Source of the DNA: Octopus sinensis
Lineage: Eukaryota
DNA: 64,000 nucleotides
NCBI RefSeq assembly: GCF_006345805.1
Contig: NC_042998.1
Span: 76,198,001 to 76,262,000, forward strand
Direction of reading: 5' to 3'
A program made the translations under genes and the position numbers. The notes below the pieces were generated by a model, which saw only the letters and a program-made list of their open reading frames with translations, searched no databases and had not been told where the DNA came from. This document shows positions 61,601-64,000 of this stretch, one piece after another; position 1 is the first letter of the stretch; every line of letters begins with the position of its first letter.

Positions 61601-63622
61601 ATTTAAACCAACCTGTGACATAGTTGCAGCTTTCTAAATTGCATATACCTTATTTTTACTATAATAAAACATGAGTTTCTTGAGAGAAATTTAGCTGCAA
61701 TATCGAACAATATGTGACTAGAACTTTCACAGTTGCTATAACTACTTGGCTTCACCAGCTCTGTGGATTTTTCCTGGTGATTTCATATTCATAAAGACTG
61801 GCCTTTCTCTTCAGAGAAAAAGTATAATTGAAAGTTAATCATATTGAACTTAGTCATAACTGTTGTTTTGTTCTGATCTAGCAGATTTATTTAATCACAA
61901 ATATTCTAGCCATGACTATTCAATTTTTTATTCATTCAGCCACTGTATCTCTGATAAAGTGAACACTAACGTGATATAATGAATCGTTATCTCAGTTACT
62001 AATTTTGATCAAGAAAGGCAGGAAAGACAATCTAGAATTTAAATTAAGTAGTGAATATAGTTAAATGTGAGTTTGATCTTTAACTCTAAGTGACAACTCT
62101 GGATATGTTTATGTATCAATAGGCCTCATCAGCAAAGTTTAGGCTAATTTCCATATCTTAGAATGAGACACATGTACAGATTTCTCATGAATAAACATTG
62201 AGTTGCATTATAACTTAAAACAACAATGACCAAAGAAAATTACCCTGAGAGGACAGCTGAATGATGAAGTAATAGTGTTTAACTTCATGTAATGAATATA
62301 TAACTACATTATCTATCCAAAGTATCTTTTTTATTTACAATGGCAAGGTGTGAGTTGAGGGAGATTCTGCTGATATATTTAACAGGTTGAGTGACTATGT
62401 AGTCTCCTTCATTGACCAGTGGGTACCCAAAAATATTCATATGGAAATATTTAAATGGATACACTCATGAAAATATTTTGAAATTTATTATAATTTATGA
62501 AATAAAGAATGAAAAGAAATTAAATCTAAAGAATTAAAAAAAAAGAAAATGAAACAAATCAGATATACTTTTATAGTTTTGTTTTAATATAATTTATCTT
62601 CAGTTTTAGATGAAAATTTAAAACAAGAAAATGAATCTGAAAAGCAGAAAGAGGAACCTGTAAAGAGAATTGAACCCCTTCCAAGAAATTCATTTCCAAT
62701 GAGAGAGTGGGACATTGGAAAAGACAGTAAGGAATTTTTAGTTTATTCACTCAATTTGTTAGTTGAAGAGCTAAACAACATTCTTTTATGTCTTAACTGA
62801 GAATCTGTATTTTTAAGAATAGTTACCTTCTGTTGTTTCAGTATAACAGTCACATTTGCATTCTTTCAAACACTCCTTTGAGAAAGTAAGTTTAATCACA
62901 AACTTAATAAAAGATTTATAGAAAATCTACCAATAAGTACAACTAATTGATTACATATATTTAACAAAATATAATGAAGCGAAGTGATTTTTACAAACCA
63001 TGAATTTAAAGTTTGTATCATTTTCTTTTCTTTTCCATCAGAATTTTTTGAAAGAGAAAAAGAATATTTTAAGCAAAGGCGGGATGAAAGAAATTATCAA
63101 TTTGCTCCACCAGATTGTTACAATAATAATGTTTCTAAAGAAATGAATTTGCCAAAGAGACAATACAAGGATTGCTATGTACCCCAAGAAAGAAAGGAAA
63201 GTAAAATGAGCAAAAAGCAAACAGTTAAAATGGATGACAATTGTATGCAGTTAAATCCGATAGATACAGCAAATATTCCACTTCCAGGAGAGACAAGGAA
63301 ACTAAATTTTGTAGATAATTCACCACTGATTTCATCAGAAAGCAGTTCTCTTCCTAATTCTACTCACCAGGAGCAACAACCAATTTTGAATTCTACTCAG
63401 CCATTTTCTCCAGTATTTACTGCTCCACCTCAGTATAATACACCAAACCAAAATACATCAAGTGTGCCACTAGAAATGCCTGTAAATTATCCTGCAGTTA
63501 CATTTCAGAATGATTCAGTAAGTGAAATATCGGTTCAGCAAGATTTGTTGCCTAAACAACCTAAACCCACTATTGTAGATACAAGGTTGGTGAAAAATGT
63601 AAATTCTTTGAAGAATTACTAA
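45339..63622 (+). CDS. CCDC174: Coiled-coil domain-containing protein 174 orthologue, complete 11-exon CDS
   Basis: join(45339..45401,49873..49977,52105..52205,53416..53477,54318..54456,55459..55560,56421..56593,58263..58357,60925..61060,62604..62726,63042..63622). All junctions are GT-AG and phase-consistent. [50 protein letters not shown] and FAPP match recalled human CCDC174 ([50 protein letters not shown], EFAPP). Confidence 0.95.
45952..46085 (+). mobile_element. tRNA-derived SINE copy (same family as 39333)
   Basis: ggcatggcagtgtgg...gggttcagtttcactgcacggtaccttgggcaagt...gtagacggaaactg..gaagcccg. Confidence 0.8.
46111..46219. repeat. 47-bp inverted repeat with 15-nt loop
   Basis: Arms 46111-46157 and 46173-46219; 44/47 Watson-Crick pairs. 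Confidence 0.95.
46298..46361. repeat. (TA)n microsatellite
   Basis: Directly visible. Confidence 0.98.
46363..46448. repeat. Perfect 28-bp inverted repeat with 30-nt spacer
   Basis: tggtgaattgaagaaatggagctgaacg (46363-46390) / cgttcagctccatttcttcaattcacca (46421-46448). Confidence 0.95.
46606..46680. repeat. (TA)n microsatellite
   Basis: Directly visible. Confidence 0.98.
46690..46875 (+). mobile_element. SINE 3' part ending gtggtgccccagcatggc...tgactgaaacaagtaaaaga
   Basis: The same tail recurs inverted at ~31680-31727 and ~59430-59560. Confidence 0.65.
48827..49134. mobile_element. hAT (Charlie-like) MITE, 308 bp
   Basis: TIRs CAGTGGTTCCCAAA / TTTGGGAACCACTA with a perfect 8-bp TSD GTTTAGAT (48819-48826, 49135-49142). 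Confidence 0.93.
49280..49680 (-). repeat. RTE-type 3' tail with minisatellite
   Basis: Family signature, ~4 units. Confidence 0.85.
49873..49977 (+). CDS. CCDC174: CCDC174 exon 2
   Basis: [35 protein letters not shown]; tttcatag / gtaagt; 105 nt. Confidence 0.95.
50400..51100 (-). mobile_element. Very old LINE RT 3' remnant
   Basis: Weak minus-strand resemblance to the LFYRYY.G.CSSEL type C-terminus; heavily decayed. Confidence 0.35.
51730..51952. mobile_element. piggyBac-like MITE copy
   Basis: Starts ttaa|ctctttagcattcagttta; body similar to 20207-20424; degenerate right TIR. Confidence 0.72.
52105..52205 (+). CDS. CCDC174: CCDC174 exon 3
   Basis: KTTIWSKKNYGVAERAKRD...EKS; acttcag / gtgagg; 101 nt. 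Confidence 0.93.
53416..53477 (+). CDS. CCDC174: CCDC174 exon 4
   Basis: KALELKSQLYEKIANNQNIP; tttccag / gtaagt; 62 nt. Confidence 0.93.
54318..54456 (+). CDS. CCDC174: CCDC174 exon 5
   Basis: EDGSQIFLVDFQKK...DDPEEQW; atattag / gtaaac; 139 nt. Confidence 0.93.
55459..55560 (+). CDS. CCDC174: CCDC174 exon 6
   Basis: [18 protein letters not shown]...; ttatag / gtaaat; 102 nt. Confidence 0.94.
55760..55972 (+). repeat. RTE-type 3' tail, sense orientation
   Basis: Ends ccagcatggacaacggatgttaaatgatgacgacgacaacgatgatgatg; further copies near 15530, 15836, 18990, 22720, 27320, 31020, 33870, 52480, 57940 and 59257. Confidence 0.85.
56421..56593 (+). CDS. CCDC174: CCDC174 exon 7
   Basis: ...KWDAEERKAVEGPIGPIHYENVRFD; ttacag / gtaaca; 173 nt. 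Confidence 0.94.
58263..58357 (+). CDS. CCDC174: CCDC174 exon 8
   Basis: VRTHGVGYFRFSKEEVERKEQMNLLNTLRDQ; cttgtcag / gtaaat; 95 nt. Confidence 0.95.
59653..59810 (+). mobile_element. tRNA-derived SINE copy (same family as 39333)
   Basis: ggcatggcagcgtggttaagaag...cttgggcaagtgtcttctactatagcc...aaactgaaagaagc. Confidence 0.85.
60925..61060 (+). CDS. CCDC174: CCDC174 exon 9
   Basis: TKDERTKRELLKEKRDAMMAARLKKVK...; acactag / gtatga; 136 nt. Confidence 0.94.
62604..62726 (+). CDS. CCDC174: CCDC174 exon 10
   Basis: ...PMREWDIGKD; atcttcag / gtaagg; 123 nt (alternative in-frame acceptor at 62610). Confidence 0.92.
63042..63622 (+). CDS. CCDC174: CCDC174 terminal exon 11
   Basis: FFEREKEYFKQRRDERNYQFAPPDCY... 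to TAA at 63622; long polypyrimidine acceptor; part of ORF 62984..63622. Confidence 0.9.
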
Positions 63623-63798
63623 TTTCACACTATTCAGAACATTTGATTGGCACCTGTATCTTTAACTTATATATTCCTTTAATGATATTAAATAACTAAA
63701 ACTCATTGGTTTAGTTTGTATTTTAGATATCTCTATCTAGATAAAGCAATTAAAGATAAAATGCAAACTATTAACTTTACAAAGGATAATATAGAGAA

Positions 63799-63804
63799 AA
63801 TAAA
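63799..63804 (+). terminator. Candidate polyadenylation signal AATAAA of CCDC174
   Basis: AATAAA about 180 nt after the stop codon; other ATTAAA/AATAAA hexamers occur in this AT-rich tail. Confidence 0.3.
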
Positions 63805-64000
63805 TATTTGACATAATATAAATAAGTAAAATTGCATAAACTTAATTTTCTATGTAAAGGTTTTAATGCCAAGTGTTTCATTTTCACAATTTATATAGCT
63901 AACCCAAACACAGACACAATCACATACATAGTTTTGTTCTCCCACTTGACAGTACAGCTCCCTGAAATAAAAAGAAAATAACAAATTTATTTAAAATAGC

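Noticed and set aside
1-64000. C/D-box snoRNA, tRNA or rRNA genes
   Set aside because: TGATGA motifs come from (GAT)n tails, and B-box matches belong to SINE heads. I could not support a full cloverleaf or box C/D pair with terminal stem by eye.

Overview
Eukaryotic, AT-rich, intron- and repeat-dense DNA. It is inferred to be octopus (coleoid cephalopod) from its repeat families; the species cannot be determined. No prokaryotic features (operons, CRISPR, rRNA) are present. Two spliced genes lie head-to-head. (1) An SMCR8 orthologue on the minus strand: ATG at 30248, 10 coding exons reconstructed with GT-AG ends and consistent phases down to 3307; the C-terminal exons were not found and probably lie left of the window. 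(2) An apparently complete 11-exon CCDC174 orthologue on the plus strand (45339/45378..63622). Introns and the intergenic gap hold RTE LINE fragments and many RTE-type 3' tails with an internal minisatellite, CR1/L2-type LINE fragments, several tRNA-derived SINE families, hAT and piggyBac-like MITEs, a maT/DD37D-like mariner remnant and microsatellites. One CR1 fragment is young, GC-rich and nested in an RTE. The most unusual unexplained signal is a set of long near-perfect hairpins, including one interleaved pseudoknot-type pair, next to (TA)n tracts. I found no convincing new protein-coding system. Gene and family names come from recalled motif similarity, not database searches; most repeat boundaries are approximate.
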